This document shows, piece by piece, positions 18,341 to 29,305 of a stretch of DNA of 64,000 nucleotides; the first letter of the stretch is position 1; each line of letters begins with the position of its first letter. The DNA is from an uncultured Methylomirabilota bacterium. GTDB lineage: Bacteria > Methylomirabilota > Methylomirabilia > Methylomirabilales > 2-02-FULL-66-22. The translations under genes were made by a program, and so were the position numbers. A model generated the notes under the pieces. The model saw only the letters and a program-made list of their open reading frames with translations, did no database searches and was not told the DNA's origin. The stretch spans positions 864,001 through 928,000 of the forward strand of contig CAWJSJ010000002.1 of assembly GCA_963845565.1 (NCBI GenBank). The letters run 5' to 3'.

Positions 18341-19129
18341 GGATTTTTGCCGCACTGCTGGAGATAGGCGTCCACTACCCGTCGCGTCTGCTCTAGCTTC
18401 TCGATGGAGTGCAGCTCCAGGACCCAGAAGTCGCAGCGCTTCTCGCGCAGAACGTCGAAGGCGGGCGCCAGGTCGCCGACCGCCTGCGGCGGGAAGTGCA
18501 CGTCGTCCCGCTCGATCAGGTACACATGGCTGGCGAGGATGGGGGTCGGGATGGCGCGGATGAACTCCACGACCGTCCCCTGCCCGTCCAGAACCCACGG
18601 GCAGCCGGCGGCGTGGCCGAGGTCCAGCGTCACCGGGGCGCCGGTCTCGCGGAGGAGGGCCGCAAAGGTCTCGGGGTGACTGGTGGGGCCGCCCCGCAGA
18701 TTCTCGACGGTCAGGGGTACGCCGCGGCGCCGGGCGTGCTCCAGCACGGCGACCAGGTTCCGCCGCAGGGTGTCCTGGGACAACTCGTCGGGATCGGGTC
18801 CGAAGGTCCCCACGTGGATGTTGACATGGTGGGCGCCGAGCTCGGCCGCGGCGTCCACGTAGTCCAGCAGGATCCGGACCGCCGCCGCGGCATGCTCCGC
18901 GTCGCGGTGGCCGATTTCCAGATCGGTGTACGGGGCGTGCACGGAGCAGAGCGGGGTCGTCGGCGCGCAGCCGATCCAGCAACTGCCGGCGTCGCGTGCG
19001 GGCCGTCATGAGGCGCCAGCCATCCAGTCCCCATTCGACGCCGTCATACCCGCGTGTTTGCCGGTAGGCTTGGATCTCCGCCAGCTCCTTGCGGAAGGGG
19101 CTGTGACAGAAGACCAGTGTTGGGGGCAT
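18337..19129 (-). CDS. Sugar phosphate isomerase/epimerase (AP endonuclease 2 TIM barrel); one frameshift near 18950-18965
   Basis: N-part MPPTLVFCH...GYDGVEW after RBS GAGGAG; C-part HAPYTDL, VENL, TLDLGHA and VLELH lies in another frame. Confidence 0.75.
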
Positions 19130-19340
19130 TCGCACTCCTCTCGAGTCGCTCGTGGCGGATGGTTGCTCCCGTGTAGCTTCAGGATACCTCTTCCTGCAAC
19201 ACGGATTATCGTGCGCATCACGTGGGTGAAGCACCGCCGACGCCGAACCAGATCAACGGCGCGGTATTGTCCTCGGCGAACAGCGTCGCGTCAACTGCGA
19301 CAGGCGCGTGAGGGTATCGGGCGGCGGGTGCGGGATCGGG

Positions 19341-20675
19341 CTAGGGGGATACCGGATCGGATGGTTCCACGTCGGGGGTTTCAGGAGGCGCCGTCTCGTA
19401 TGGGGACGGGTCCACAGCGATGGGAGATAGGGTGTCGGGCGAGTCCGGGAGTGCGACGTCTGCAGGTACGGGGATGGCGGCCACGGCAGCGATCTCTTCG
19501 ACGTTGACCGATTGATCTGGACCCGGCGGGTCCTCGGGCGGTCCAGACGCCTCGATCGGGGGCTCCGACTCCGCGGCCGGCACGGCCGGCGGGATCGCGG
19601 TCTCGGCCTCCACGGGCGCAGGGGCGGCCGGAGGTGCGAGAGGAACGGGGAGGGGAGCTGGTGGCCGCTGGGCGGGGAGCGCGGCCTGCTGAACGCTTCG
19701 CTGGCGGTTTTTCGCCCCGAGCGGGATCCCGTGACCCGCGAGGAGCGGATGGAACACGTCCAGGGCGGCCAGGAATTCGGCGTAGAAGTTCTTCGAGGCG
19801 AAGCCGAACCGGGGGCCATTGTACCGGGCGACGATGTCCTCAATGGCCGTGCTGCCCACCATCGTGCTGGCCGCCCGAATTCCGGCGTGCCCGTGGTTGT
19901 ATGCGACGATGGCCAGCGGCCAGGAGCCGAGCGCCTGGTAGTTGTCCCGGAGAAGCCGGGCGGCGGCCTCGGTGGCCCGCACCGGGTCGCGACGGTCGTC
20001 TCGCTTGCGCGAGATCAGGGAATACTGCTTGCCGGTGGAACGGATGAACTGCCAAAGACCCGCCGCTCCCGCCTTGGAGTATGCTGCGGGATTGAAGGTG
20101 GATTCGACCAAGGGGAGGGCCGCCAGCTCTGCGGGAACCTGATGCTGTCGCAGGATGGTCAGAATGCGGGGGAGTAACTTGCTGGCGCGGTGCAGTCCCT
20201 CGTCCACCTTCTCCCGGAGGCCCTGCTGGACCCGGATATTCTCGGCGGCGCGCCGCAGAGTCTCCGGCGCGCAAGGGCACCCCCACTCCTCCGCCGCCCC
20301 CACGCCCTCGGGGCCCAGCGTGTCAGGGGTGGCACCGTCGGCCAGCCGCATCAGGATGTCTTTGTAGAGCGCGCGCATGCGCTGGATTTCGGGCTTGGCC
20401 AGCTCGGCGGCCCGGGCCTGGCTTGTCCCATCCTTTATGCGCACGACGCCGTAGGTTACGTCGAGGCGGTCACGGTCATGCAGGACAAAATCCCCGACGC
20501 CGTATTCGGTGTACACCTGCTTCCAGAACGCGACGTTGGGCGCCAGAAGCGGCGGTTTGGGGAAATGGGGATGTTGGGGAGGGCCGACATCGGTTGCGGC
20601 CAGTCGCGGCAGAACCAGAAGCGAGATACTGACGAGAATCGCCGTCAACAAGCGCCACAGATGGGATCTACGCAT
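19341..20675 (-). CDS. Lytic transglycosylase (MltD-like SLT domain) with Pro/acidic C-terminal tail
   Basis: Signal peptide; LPLVESTFNP, AGAAGLWQF, AYNHG and FGFASKNFYAEFLAA. Confidence 0.88.
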   Translation of the reverse strand: MRRSHLWRLLTAILVSISLLVLPRLAATDVGPPQHPHFPKPPLLAPNVAFWKQVYTEYGVGDFVLHDRDRLDVTYGVVRIKDGTSQARAAELAKPEIQRMRALYKDILMRLADGATPDTLGPEGVGAAEEWGCPCAPETLRRAAENIRVQQGLREKVDEGLHRASKLLPRILTILRQHQVPAELAALPLVESTFNPAAYSKAGAAGLWQFIRSTGKQYSLISRKRDDRRDPVRATEAAARLLRDNYQALGSWPLAIVAYNHGHAGIRAASTMVGSTAIEDIVARYNGPRFGFASKNFYAEFLAALDVFHPLLAGHGIPLGAKNRQRSVQQAALPAQRPPAPLPVPLAPPAAPAPVEAETAIPPAVPAAESEPPIEASGPPEDPPGPDQSVNVEEIAAVAAIPVPADVALPDSPDTLSPIAVDPSPYETAPPETPDVEPSDPVSP

Positions 20676-20874
20676 TCCACTCCCAGGCGTTGACGCCTGT
20701 TTCCCTCTGCCGACCACTCAGCAATCGTGTGTTAACTACCAGACCGTTCTTGAGGCGGCAAACAATTTCCGTCCACGTGGCAAAGAATGTCAGTATTTCC
20801 GACGAAGGGCGCCCCAGGAATAACACTGTTAGGGGGCACCCGTGGCCGCAGCCGCCTCGGACGCGACTAAGAAG

Positions 20875-20890
20875 TGCAATTCTCTCGCCA
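20875..20890 (-). promoter_or_regulatory. Possible sigma54 (-24/-12) promoter
   Basis: Minus strand TGGCGA-GAGAA-TTGCA matches TGGCAC-N5-TTGC spacing, about 200 bp upstream of the transglycosylase. Confidence 0.35.
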
Positions 20891-21091
20891 ATCCCACCAC
20901 GGGTAGGACAAGACCCCGAAGGTCGGTTGGGCCTTTCGTAAGGAAGGCGGGGAGCCCAGCGGGAACGTCTTGGCCTTCGCCCGCGACGAACCAGACTGAT
21001 TCCAGGGAGCGAGTACCCCTGGCCAATTACCGGGCGACAATTGGGCGAGGACAGTGCGGCCAACGACAGAGCGAGGCGCAGCGGCGGGGAA

Positions 21092-22903
21092 TCAGTCGCC
21101 GAGGTGATACGGCACGCTGACGCTGACTTTGCCCGGTCGGAAAAGGAGCGCCGCTTTGATCAGGAGCGCGGTTTGGTTGTGGAGGAAGTGTTGCCACCAC
21201 TTGGCTGGGACGAATTCCGGGATCACCACGGTCAGATAGCGGCCCTCGCCTTGTCGTTCCATCCGATCAATATAATCCAGAAGGGGCCGGACGATGGATC
21301 GGTAGGGGGAATCGAGGACCACCAGAGGAATGTCTGGCTCCCACTCGGTCCACTTGAGGCGAAGCTTGGTGGTCTGTGTGGAATCCAGATCCACGGTCAG
21401 CGCGGTCACGTTGGGTGAGATGGACCGTGCATACTCCAGCGCTTCGACCGTCCCCCGGTGCAACCCGGCCACCAGTACCACCACGGGATTCTTGCCGATG
21501 CGCGGCCGCCTGGCCCCGGCGAGCGTGAGTTGCTCGGCCACCTTCTGATAGTGGCGGTTGATCCGCAGTAAGCCCAAGACGATGAGGGGGATGAGTATGA
21601 TCACCATCCAGGCGCCGTGGGTGAACTTGGAAACTGAAATGACGACGGTGACGACTCCTGTGGTCAGAGCGCCCAGCCCATTCAACAGGATATGGTGGGG
21701 AGCCGGATGCTCCTCCTTCAGCCAATGCCGGACCATGCCCGCCTGCGATAAGGTGAAGGAGAGAAACACGCCCACGGCATAGAGCGGGATGAGAGCGTGT
21801 GTGTTTCCCTGGAAAACAACCAAGAGGACGACAGACAGCCCGGCCAGAATGACGATCCCGTTACTGAAGACGAGGCGATCGCCGCGATTGGTCATCTGTC
21901 GAGGCATGAAGCCGTCACGGGCCAGAATCGAGGAGAGCCGGGGGAAATCCTGGAATGAGGTGTTCACAGCCAGAAAGAGAATAATGGCCGTGGCCGCCTG
22001 GATATTGTAGTAGAGGAGGCCTTCGCCCATGGTGGCCCGGGCCAACATGGAGACCACCGTCTCGGCCTCCTTCGGGGTGACGTGATAGAGGTGGGCCAGA
22101 TAGGCTATTCCCAAAGAGGTCGCGCCGAGGATGGCTGCCATCCAGACCAGGGTGATGCTGGCGTTCTTCGACTCCGGCGGACGGAAGGCGGGAATCCCGT
22201 TGCTTACCGCCTCGATCCCGGTGAGCGTGGCGCAACCGGAGGAGAATGCGCGTAGCAGGAGAAAGATCGTGATGGCCTCAGGGGCTTGGAGTTCTCCAGC
22301 CGGATACGGCTGGACCGTTCCGGTCACGACCCGGTACCCTCCGGCCAGGAGGAGGGCGCCCAAGCTTGCGATGAACCAGTATGTGGGGACGGTGAAGAGG
22401 TTTCCCGACTCGCGCACTCCCCGGAGGTTGGCGATGGTGACGGCAATCACGGTGACGACGCAGATCGCGACGCGCCATGGAAACAGCCCAGGGAACGCCG
22501 AGGTGACGGCGGCTACCCCTGCCGCGGTACTCACCGCCACGGTGAGGACATAGTCAATCAAGAGAGCCGCTCCCGCAACGAGGCCGGGGAGCGTCCCGAG
22601 ATTATCCTTGGCAACAATGTACGAGCCGCCGCCCGATGGGTAGGCGTGAATGGTCTGCCAGTACGAGGCAGCCACGATCCCCACGAGGATGACGATTCCT
22701 CCCATGATGGGGAACGAATAGCCAATGGCAGCGGTCCCGGCGGCCACGAGCACCAGCATGATCTCTTCCGTGCCATAGGCGACTGAGGAGAGGGCGTCGG
22801 ACGCGAACACGGCCAGACCCGACACCCTGCCGAGCCGCTCGTGCTTTTCGGCCGCCGTGGTCAAGGGCCTTCCAAGGATGGCACGTTTCAAGGAACTGGG
22901 CAT
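21092..22903 (-). CDS. kimA: KimA (YdaO)-like APC-superfamily potassium importer, copy 1 (intact)
   Basis: LKRAILGRPL, SDALSSVAYGTEE, AYPSGGGSY, LTGIEAVSNG, LIPLYAVGVF, SPYRS and LHNQ; RBS AGGAG. Confidence 0.85.
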   Translation of the reverse strand: MPSSLKRAILGRPLTTAAEKHERLGRVSGLAVFASDALSSVAYGTEEIMLVLVAAGTAAIGYSFPIMGGIVILVGIVAASYWQTIHAYPSGGGSYIVAKDNLGTLPGLVAGAALLIDYVLTVAVSTAAGVAAVTSAFPGLFPWRVAICVVTVIAVTIANLRGVRESGNLFTVPTYWFIASLGALLLAGGYRVVTGTVQPYPAGELQAPEAITIFLLLRAFSSGCATLTGIEAVSNGIPAFRPPESKNASITLVWMAAILGATSLGIAYLAHLYHVTPKEAETVVSMLARATMGEGLLYYNIQAATAIILFLAVNTSFQDFPRLSSILARDGFMPRQMTNRGDRLVFSNGIVILAGLSVVLLVVFQGNTHALIPLYAVGVFLSFTLSQAGMVRHWLKEEHPAPHHILLNGLGALTTGVVTVVISVSKFTHGAWMVIILIPLIVLGLLRINRHYQKVAEQLTLAGARRPRIGKNPVVVLVAGLHRGTVEALEYARSISPNVTALTVDLDSTQTTKLRLKWTEWEPDIPLVVLDSPYRSIVRPLLDYIDRMERQGEGRYLTVVIPEFVPAKWWQHFLHNQTALLIKAALLFRPGKVSVSVPYHLGD

Positions 22904-23018
22904 GCGATCTCCTAAACAATGCTGAGGCAACGGCTCCGCATCGAGGTCCGATCGAGGTTTCCCGGGCGGCCTCCGAAAGCGCAGAGTCGAGCGGGATGGA
23001 ACGGGGAGCTGGCAGGAG

Positions 23019-23768
23019 TCATTCCGCTGCCAATCGGTACCCCACGCCCGGTTCCGTGAGCAGATACCGAGGCCGGGCGGGATCAGCCTCCAGTTTTCGC
23101 CGAAGCTGCGCCGCGTAGACGCGCAAGTAGTGGGCCTGGTCGGCCTGATTGGGCCCCCAGACTTCTGTCAGGAGCTGATTGTGGGTCATGACTCTTCCGG
23201 CGTGGCGGATCAGGGTGGTCAGCAAGCGGTACTCGATGGGGGTCAGGTGGACCGGACGGCCGGCGATCTGGACATGCCGATGGACCAGGTCCACCGCGAG
23301 CTCCCCGATGGAAAAGGCCAGTTCCCCGGTATCCTTGGTGCCGATTGCCGCATGCCGCATAGCGACCCGCATTCGGGCCAGGAGCTCTCCCACGCCGAAG
23401 GGCTTGCTCACATAGTCATCAGCGCCGGCGTCCAGGGCCGCGATCTTGTCGCGCTCCTGTCCGCGGGCGGAGAGGACGACGATCGGGACCGCGGTCCATT
23501 CGCGCAGGCGGCGGATGACCTCGAGTCCATCCATATCCGGGAGGCCCAAATCCAGGATCACGATGTCAGGCTGCCGTGTCGCCGCTTGGACCAGCCCGTC
23601 CTCGCCCGTGACCGCTTCGATGACACGGAAGCCCTGGGACGGCAAGGACGCCCTCAGGAACTTCCGAATCTGCGGCTCGTCCTCGATGACGATCACTACG
23701 GGTCCGGCCTCGGGCCGCGCGTCGCCGCCCTGGGTGGTATCCGGTTCCCCATCGGGCTGATTAGCCAT
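23019..23768 (-). CDS. kdpE: Response regulator KdpE, copy 1
   Basis: IEDEPQIR, ILDLGLPDMDG, GADDYVSKPF, YLRVYAAQLRRKLEADPARPRYLLTEPGVGYR. Confidence 0.95.
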   Translation of the reverse strand: MANQPDGEPDTTQGGDARPEAGPVVIVIEDEPQIRKFLRASLPSQGFRVIEAVTGEDGLVQAATRQPDIVILDLGLPDMDGLEVIRRLREWTAVPIVVLSARGQERDKIAALDAGADDYVSKPFGVGELLARMRVAMRHAAIGTKDTGELAFSIGELAVDLVHRHVQIAGRPVHLTPIEYRLLTTLIRHAGRVMTHNQLLTEVWGPNQADQAHYLRVYAAQLRRKLEADPARPRYLLTEPGVGYRLAAE

Positions 23769-26454
23769 CGTCGCTCCCCACGTCGGGCGGGGTTCCGGTC
23801 AAGGGAAGGGTGAACCGAAAAACGGCTCCTCCTCCGGGTCGATTGGCCGCCCAGATACGGCCGCCATGTGCTTCGATGAATCCCCGACAGATGGGGAGGC
23901 CGAGCCCGGCCCCGCGCCCGGTCGGTCTTCGGCCACGATAGAATTTATCAAACACGCGGTCAACCTCCTCGCGGCCGAGGCCGGGACCCTGATCGGCGAT
24001 TGCGACCTCCATGGCACCATTCGACACGCTCGCCGAAATCTCGATGGGCGACCCAGTCGGCGTGTACTTTGCGGCGTTGTCCAGTAGATTGATGAGGACT
24101 TGCTCCACCAGGACGTCGTCCATCGGGACCAAAGGAAGGTCCTCGGGTATCCCAGTTGAGACGTGGCGCCCCCCGAGTGCCGGAGCCAGGCGTTGGAGCG
24201 CAGGACCTAGCGCATCCTCCAAGGCGTGCCATTCCATTCGCGCCACGATCGCACCAGATTCCAGGCGCGTCATATCCAGGAGGTTCTGCACGAGGCGGCT
24301 CAGCCGGTCCGCCTCGTCCCGAACGGATTCGATGAGTTCCTGGCGCGTTCCGGGATCCAGCGACGCCTCGGCCTGCAAAAGGCTGCTGGCGGCTCCGGTG
24401 ATGGCGGCTAGAGGCGTGCGGAGATCGTGGGAAACGGAGCTGAGGAGCGAACTCCGCAACTTCTCTGTATCCATCCGCACTTGGGCCGTGTGCGCCTCCT
24501 CGGCGAGGAGTGCCCGCTCGAGCGCCATGGCCATCTGGCTCGCGAAAGCTTCTAACTGGTGACGCTGTTCGGGCGTTTCGAGCGCGCGGATCTCGTGCGG
24601 CCGGGCGCCTAGCACGCCGACCGTTCCGCGCGAGGCGGCAAGTGGCAGGTAGAGCGCCCTTGCCCCCGGCAGGGTTCCGGTGCCTTGCCCCGCCGGTTGG
24701 CTGTGGTCGAAGACCCAGCGGATCACGCCGGTGTCGTTCGAGTCAACCTCGTAGCCACTGGAGCTCGCTTGCGCCTGCAGCACGCCGGCGGCATCGGGGA
24801 GAAACACCAGCACCCGACAGCGAAACACCTCGGCGATGTGGCGGGTGGAAGCTTCCAGGATGTTGATCACACCGCGCGTGCCGGCAAGCTCTCGGCTGAG
24901 GGCGTACAAAGCCGCCGTGCGCCGCTCGCGCTGGCCGGCGGCATCGGCCAACCAGCGCATCCGAACGGTGAGACCGCTCACGACCAGGCCGACGACGAGC
25001 ATCACGGCGAAGGTCACCACGTATTGCGTGTCGCTCACCGCAAAGGTCAAGTAGGGGGGGACGAAGAAGAAGTCAAACGCGGCAACGCTCAGAATCGAGG
25101 CGCAGATCGACGGTCCAGGTGTCGAGCGGAAGGCTACCAGCACGACGCCGAGCAGATAGACCATGATGAGGTTCGACAACTCGAAGTATGGGAGCATGAG
25201 CCAGGCCAGGGCGGTGGAGCAGGCGACGATCACCGCAGCTCGGGCGTACGGAAACCAGTGGATCCCGGGCGGGCGCCGCGGCGCCACATACGGAATGCCG
25301 GGAGCTTCCTCCCCGCTGATCACGTACACGTCAGTTTCCCGTCCCTGACGGATGAGATCGTCGGCGATGCTCCCGGACAGGAGGCGTTGCCAGCGGTCTC
25401 CCTCGGGCTTTCCGACCACGATCTTGCTCACGTTGCGTTCTCTGGCGTATCGGAGAAGCTCGTCACTCACGCACGATCCGCTGAGCGTGACCGTCTCCGC
25501 TCCGAGTTGCTCGGCGAGGCGAAGGGTGTCCGCCACCCGAGCCCGATCCGCATCGCCGAGCCGGGCGTGGGTAGGTGTTTCGACGTAGGCGACGATCCAC
25601 TCGGCCCGGAGCGTGTCGGCGAAGCGCTTGGCCGCGCGGACAACACGGACAGAGTGGGGGCCGGCGCCCACGCAGGCGATGAAGCGCTCCGTCACCGGCC
25701 AGGTTGTGCGGATGGCGTGATCGCGCATGTAATCGCGCATCTGCACGTCCACACGGTCGGCGGTTCGGCGTAGCGCCAGCTCGCGGAGCGCGATCAAGTT
25801 CCCCTTTCGGAAGAAATTCCGGGTGGCTTCCGCGGCCTGCTCCGGGACGTAGACTTTTCCTTCCGTGAGGCGCTGGATGAGATCCTCGGGGGCGAGGTCG
25901 ATCAGCTCAACCTCGTCGGCTTGCTCAAGCACGGAATCCGGCAGGGTTTCGCGGACGGTGACGCCTGTGATCTGGGCCACCACGTCATTCAGGCTCTCCA
26001 GATGTTGAACGTTCAACGTGGTATAGACGTGGATCCCTGCATTGAGCAACTCGGAAACGTCCTGCCACCTCTTGGTATGGCGGCTTCCGGGGGCGTTGGT
26101 ATGCGCCAGCTCATCCACGAGGATCAACGTGGGGCGTCTCACGAGGGCGAGGTCCAGGTCAAACTCCGGCAAGAGGTGCCCTCGATACTCGACCGGGCGA
26201 CGCGGGAGGGCCTCCAGACCCACCAGGAGTGCCTCCGTCTCGGCACGACCGTGCGTATCCACCCAGCCGGCGACAACATCCGTTCCCTCAGCCAGGCGTT
26301 CGTGGGCCGCCTGGAGCATCGCATACGTCTTCCCGACACCCGCCACCGCTCCGAGAAAGACCTTCAACCGCCCGTGGCGAGCGCGGGCCTCCTCGTCTTT
26401 CACGCGGTGGAGGAGGACATCAGGATTAGGACGGGTAGCCTGCGTCACCTTCAT
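23761..26454 (-). CDS. kdpD: Sensor histidine kinase KdpD, copy 1
   Basis: GAVAGVGKT, VDELAHTN, NVQHLESLND, USP domain, 4 TM, GAF and H-box SHDLRTPL. Confidence 0.96.
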   Translation of the reverse strand: MKVTQATRPNPDVLLHRVKDEEARARHGRLKVFLGAVAGVGKTYAMLQAAHERLAEGTDVVAGWVDTHGRAETEALLVGLEALPRRPVEYRGHLLPEFDLDLALVRRPTLILVDELAHTNAPGSRHTKRWQDVSELLNAGIHVYTTLNVQHLESLNDVVAQITGVTVRETLPDSVLEQADEVELIDLAPEDLIQRLTEGKVYVPEQAAEATRNFFRKGNLIALRELALRRTADRVDVQMRDYMRDHAIRTTWPVTERFIACVGAGPHSVRVVRAAKRFADTLRAEWIVAYVETPTHARLGDADRARVADTLRLAEQLGAETVTLSGSCVSDELLRYARERNVSKIVVGKPEGDRWQRLLSGSIADDLIRQGRETDVYVISGEEAPGIPYVAPRRPPGIHWFPYARAAVIVACSTALAWLMLPYFELSNLIMVYLLGVVLVAFRSTPGPSICASILSVAAFDFFFVPPYLTFAVSDTQYVVTFAVMLVVGLVVSGLTVRMRWLADAAGQRERRTAALYALSRELAGTRGVINILEASTRHIAEVFRCRVLVFLPDAAGVLQAQASSSGYEVDSNDTGVIRWVFDHSQPAGQGTGTLPGARALYLPLAASRGTVGVLGARPHEIRALETPEQRHQLEAFASQMAMALERALLAEEAHTAQVRMDTEKLRSSLLSSVSHDLRTPLAAITGAASSLLQAEASLDPGTRQELIESVRDEADRLSRLVQNLLDMTRLESGAIVARMEWHALEDALGPALQRLAPALGGRHVSTGIPEDLPLVPMDDVLVEQVLINLLDNAAKYTPTGSPIEISASVSNGAMEVAIADQGPGLGREEVDRVFDKFYRGRRPTGRGAGLGLPICRGFIEAHGGRIWAANRPGGGAVFRFTLPLTGTPPDVGSDDG

Positions 26455-26511
26455 GCTCCCGGGTCCGTCTCATCGAAAGCGGGCCATCCGACACGAAGTG
26501 TAGCATAGCGG

Positions 26512-27084
26512 TTACCGTTGCGCATCCAGGGCCAAATTGAGCAGCAGGACGTTGACGCGAGGCTCCCCAAATACATCAAGGGTTCGTCCTTCGACGTGGC
26601 GTTCCACCATGCGGCGGACCGCTGACTCATCCATGCCGCGAGCCTTGGCGACTCGGGGTGTCTGGTGGAGGGCGGCCGCCGGAGTGATGTGAGGATCCAG
26701 GCCGCTACCCGATGCGGTGACGAGGTCCACCGGCACCGGAGCATTCTGATCCGGGTCCGACCTCTTCAGCGTCTCGGCTCGGCCGGCCACCGCTTTCAGG
26801 AGTTCCGGGCTTGTCGGCCCCAGATTGGAGCCGGAGGATGCGCCGGCGTTGTAAGGGAAGGGGCCGGTGGCCGAGGGCCGGCCCCAGAAATACTTCGGGT
26901 CGTCGAAGGGCTGGCCGATCAACGTGGAGCCGATCGGCTTCCCGTCCTTCATGATCAGGCTGCCATTTGCCTGACGGGGAAACACGACCTGCGCGATGCC
27001 CGTCACGACCAGCGGGTAGATCAGCCCTGTCAGTATCGTCAGTGACAACAACATCATCGTTGCGGTCCGCAGGTGAACCAGCAT
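26512..27084 (-). CDS. kdpC: K+-transporting ATPase subunit C
   Basis: [33 protein letters not shown] and [12 protein letters not shown]. Confidence 0.96.
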   Translation of the reverse strand: MLVHLRTATMMLLSLTILTGLIYPLVVTGIAQVVFPRQANGSLIMKDGKPIGSTLIGQPFDDPKYFWGRPSATGPFPYNAGASSGSNLGPTSPELLKAVAGRAETLKRSDPDQNAPVPVDLVTASGSGLDPHITPAAALHQTPRVAKARGMDESAVRRMVERHVEGRTLDVFGEPRVNVLLLNLALDAQR

Positions 27085-27107
27085 GAGAAACTCCTTCGCT
27101 GATAGCG

Positions 27108-27210
27108 AGCAGTGAGCTTTCAGCCATCAGCGGTCAGTCAAAGAACCCTCGCTCCGTTCACGCCTCGTGTCCGGCGTCGACTTGAAGCTGACCGCTGCAT
27201 GCTAAACGCT
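27108..27210. repeat. Inverted 7-mer arrays between kdpB and kdpC (same family as 7848-7998)
   Basis: agcagtg agctttc agccatc agcggtc agtcaaa ... gctgacc gctgcat gctaaac gct. Confidence 0.75.
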
Positions 27211-27220
27211 TCGCGCGGTC

Positions 27221-29293
27221 CTACACCCAGCCTATGGCGGCCAGCAGCATATCTACCAGCTTAATGCCCGGAAACGGCAGAATCACGCCCCCCGCCCCGT
27301 AGATCCAGAGATGCCGACGCAGCACCGCCGCGGCCCCGAGCGGTCGGTATCGTATGCCCTTCAACGCCAGCGGGATCAGCGCAATGATGATGAGCGCGTT
27401 GAAGATCACCGCCGAGAGGATGGCGCTCTGCGGCGAAGCGAGCCGCATGATGTTCAGCGCGTCCAGCACCGGGTAGGTGGTGGCGAAGGCCGCCGGGATG
27501 ATGGCGAAGTACTTCGCCACGTCATTGGCGATGCTGAACGTGGTCAGCGCGCCGCGCGTCATGAGCATCTGCTTCCCGATTTCGACAACCTCCAGCAGCT
27601 TGGTGGGGTTGCTGTCCAGATCCACCATGTTCCCGGCCTCTTTGGCAGCCTGTGTCCCCGTGTTCATGGCGACGGCGACGTCGGCCTGCGCGAGGGCGGG
27701 TGCGTCGTTCGTCCCGTCGCCGGTCATCGCCACGAGCCGTCCCTCGGTCTGCATCTGCCGGATCAGCTTCAGCTTTGCCTCGGGTGTGGCTTCCGCCAGG
27801 AAGTCGTCCACGCCGGCCTCGGCGGCGATGGCGGCCGCGGTGAGGGGGTTGTCGCCCGTGATCATGACGGTCTTGATGCCCATCCGTCTCAGTTGTGCGA
27901 AGCGCTCCCGGATCCCCCCCTTGACGATGTCCTTGAGCTGGATCACGCCGAGGACTCGGTCTCGCTCGGCGACGACAAGCGGGGTCCCGCCCTCCTTGGC
28001 GATCCGATCCACGCTGGCCCGGACGGAAGGCGGGAACTCTCCGCCGCACGCCTTCACGTACGCTTCCACGGCGTCGGCCGCCCCTTTCCGGATATGCCGA
28101 CCGTCCAGATCCACACCGCTCATGCGCGTGTGGGCGCTGAAGGGAATGAACTTCGCCCCCAGGCCCTGTATGTCCCGCTCCCGGATCCGGTACTTCTGCT
28201 TGGCCAGAATGACGATGGAACGCCCCTCCGGCGTCTCGTCGGCGAGGGAGGCGAGCTGCGCGGCGTCCGCGAGTTCAGGCTCCGTGACATCCTGGGCGGC
28301 GAGGAACGCCGTGGCCTGCCGGTTGCCAAGCGTGATGGTTCCGGTCTTGTCCAGCAACAGGACGTCCACGTCTCCCGCCGCCTCCACGGCGCGTCCGGAC
28401 ATGGCGACGACGTTGGCCTGGACCATGCGATCCATGCCGGCGATGCCGATGGCCGAGAGCAGCGCCCCGATCGTAGTCGGAATGAGGCAGACCAACAGCG
28501 CCACGAGGACGGTGACGGTGATGGGCGTCCCCTGCCCTGCCGCCTGCACGCTGTAGATGGAGTAGGGCAGCAGCGTCGCCGTCGCCAGCAGGAACACGAT
28601 GGTCAAGGCCGCGAGGAGGATGTCCAGCGCGATCTCGTTGGGCGTTTTCTGACGCTTTGCCCCTTCCACCATGGCGATCATCCGATCCAGGAAGGTCTCG
28701 CCGGGATCGGCCGTCACCCGGACGACGATCCAGTCCGACAGGACCTGGGTGCCACCGGTCACGGCGCTGCGATCGCCACCGCTCTCCCGGATCACGGGTG
28801 CGCTCTCCCCCGTGATGGCGGCCTCGTTCACCGAGGCGATCCCGTCGATGACCTCGCCGTCCGCGGGGATCGTGTCGCCGGCCTCCACGAGGACCACATC
28901 TCCCTTCCTCAAGTTGGCACTGGGGACGGCGGTGTAGGCGGCCTCGCGATGCGGTGCGGAAAGGCGCTTTGCCTGGACATCCCGCCGCGCCTTGCGGAGC
29001 GACGCAGCTTGCGCCTTCCCGCGTCCCTCGGCCATTGCCTCCGCGAAGTTCGCGAAGAGTACCGTGAACCACAGCCACACGGTGACCACGAGGATGAACC
29101 AGGACGGCGCCTCACCCTTGCCGAAGAGCGCCTGGAAGAACAGGAGCGTGGTGAGGATGGAGCCCACGTACACCACGAACATGACCGGGTTCCGGACCTG
29201 CCGCTGCGGCGTCAGCTTCCGGAACGAGTCGATCACCGCCTGTCCGAGGATCGCCGAGTCGAACAGGGGGCGAGCTTGCGCGTGCGTAGCCAT
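27221..29293 (-). CDS. kdpB: K+-transporting ATPase subunit B
   Basis: NPVMF, TGES, LIPTTIG, DKTGT, KGA, TGDN and GDGTND. Confidence 0.98.
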   Translation of the reverse strand: MATHAQARPLFDSAILGQAVIDSFRKLTPQRQVRNPVMFVVYVGSILTTLLFFQALFGKGEAPSWFILVVTVWLWFTVLFANFAEAMAEGRGKAQAASLRKARRDVQAKRLSAPHREAAYTAVPSANLRKGDVVLVEAGDTIPADGEVIDGIASVNEAAITGESAPVIRESGGDRSAVTGGTQVLSDWIVVRVTADPGETFLDRMIAMVEGAKRQKTPNEIALDILLAALTIVFLLATATLLPYSIYSVQAAGQGTPITVTVLVALLVCLIPTTIGALLSAIGIAGMDRMVQANVVAMSGRAVEAAGDVDVLLLDKTGTITLGNRQATAFLAAQDVTEPELADAAQLASLADETPEGRSIVILAKQKYRIRERDIQGLGAKFIPFSAHTRMSGVDLDGRHIRKGAADAVEAYVKACGGEFPPSVRASVDRIAKEGGTPLVVAERDRVLGVIQLKDIVKGGIRERFAQLRRMGIKTVMITGDNPLTAAAIAAEAGVDDFLAEATPEAKLKLIRQMQTEGRLVAMTGDGTNDAPALAQADVAVAMNTGTQAAKEAGNMVDLDSNPTKLLEVVEIGKQMLMTRGALTTFSIANDVAKYFAIIPAAFATTYPVLDALNIMRLASPQSAILSAVIFNALIIIALIPLALKGIRYRPLGAAAVLRRHLWIYGAGGVILPFPGIKLVDMLLAAIGWV

Positions 29294-29305
29294 GAGAATC
29301 TCCCC

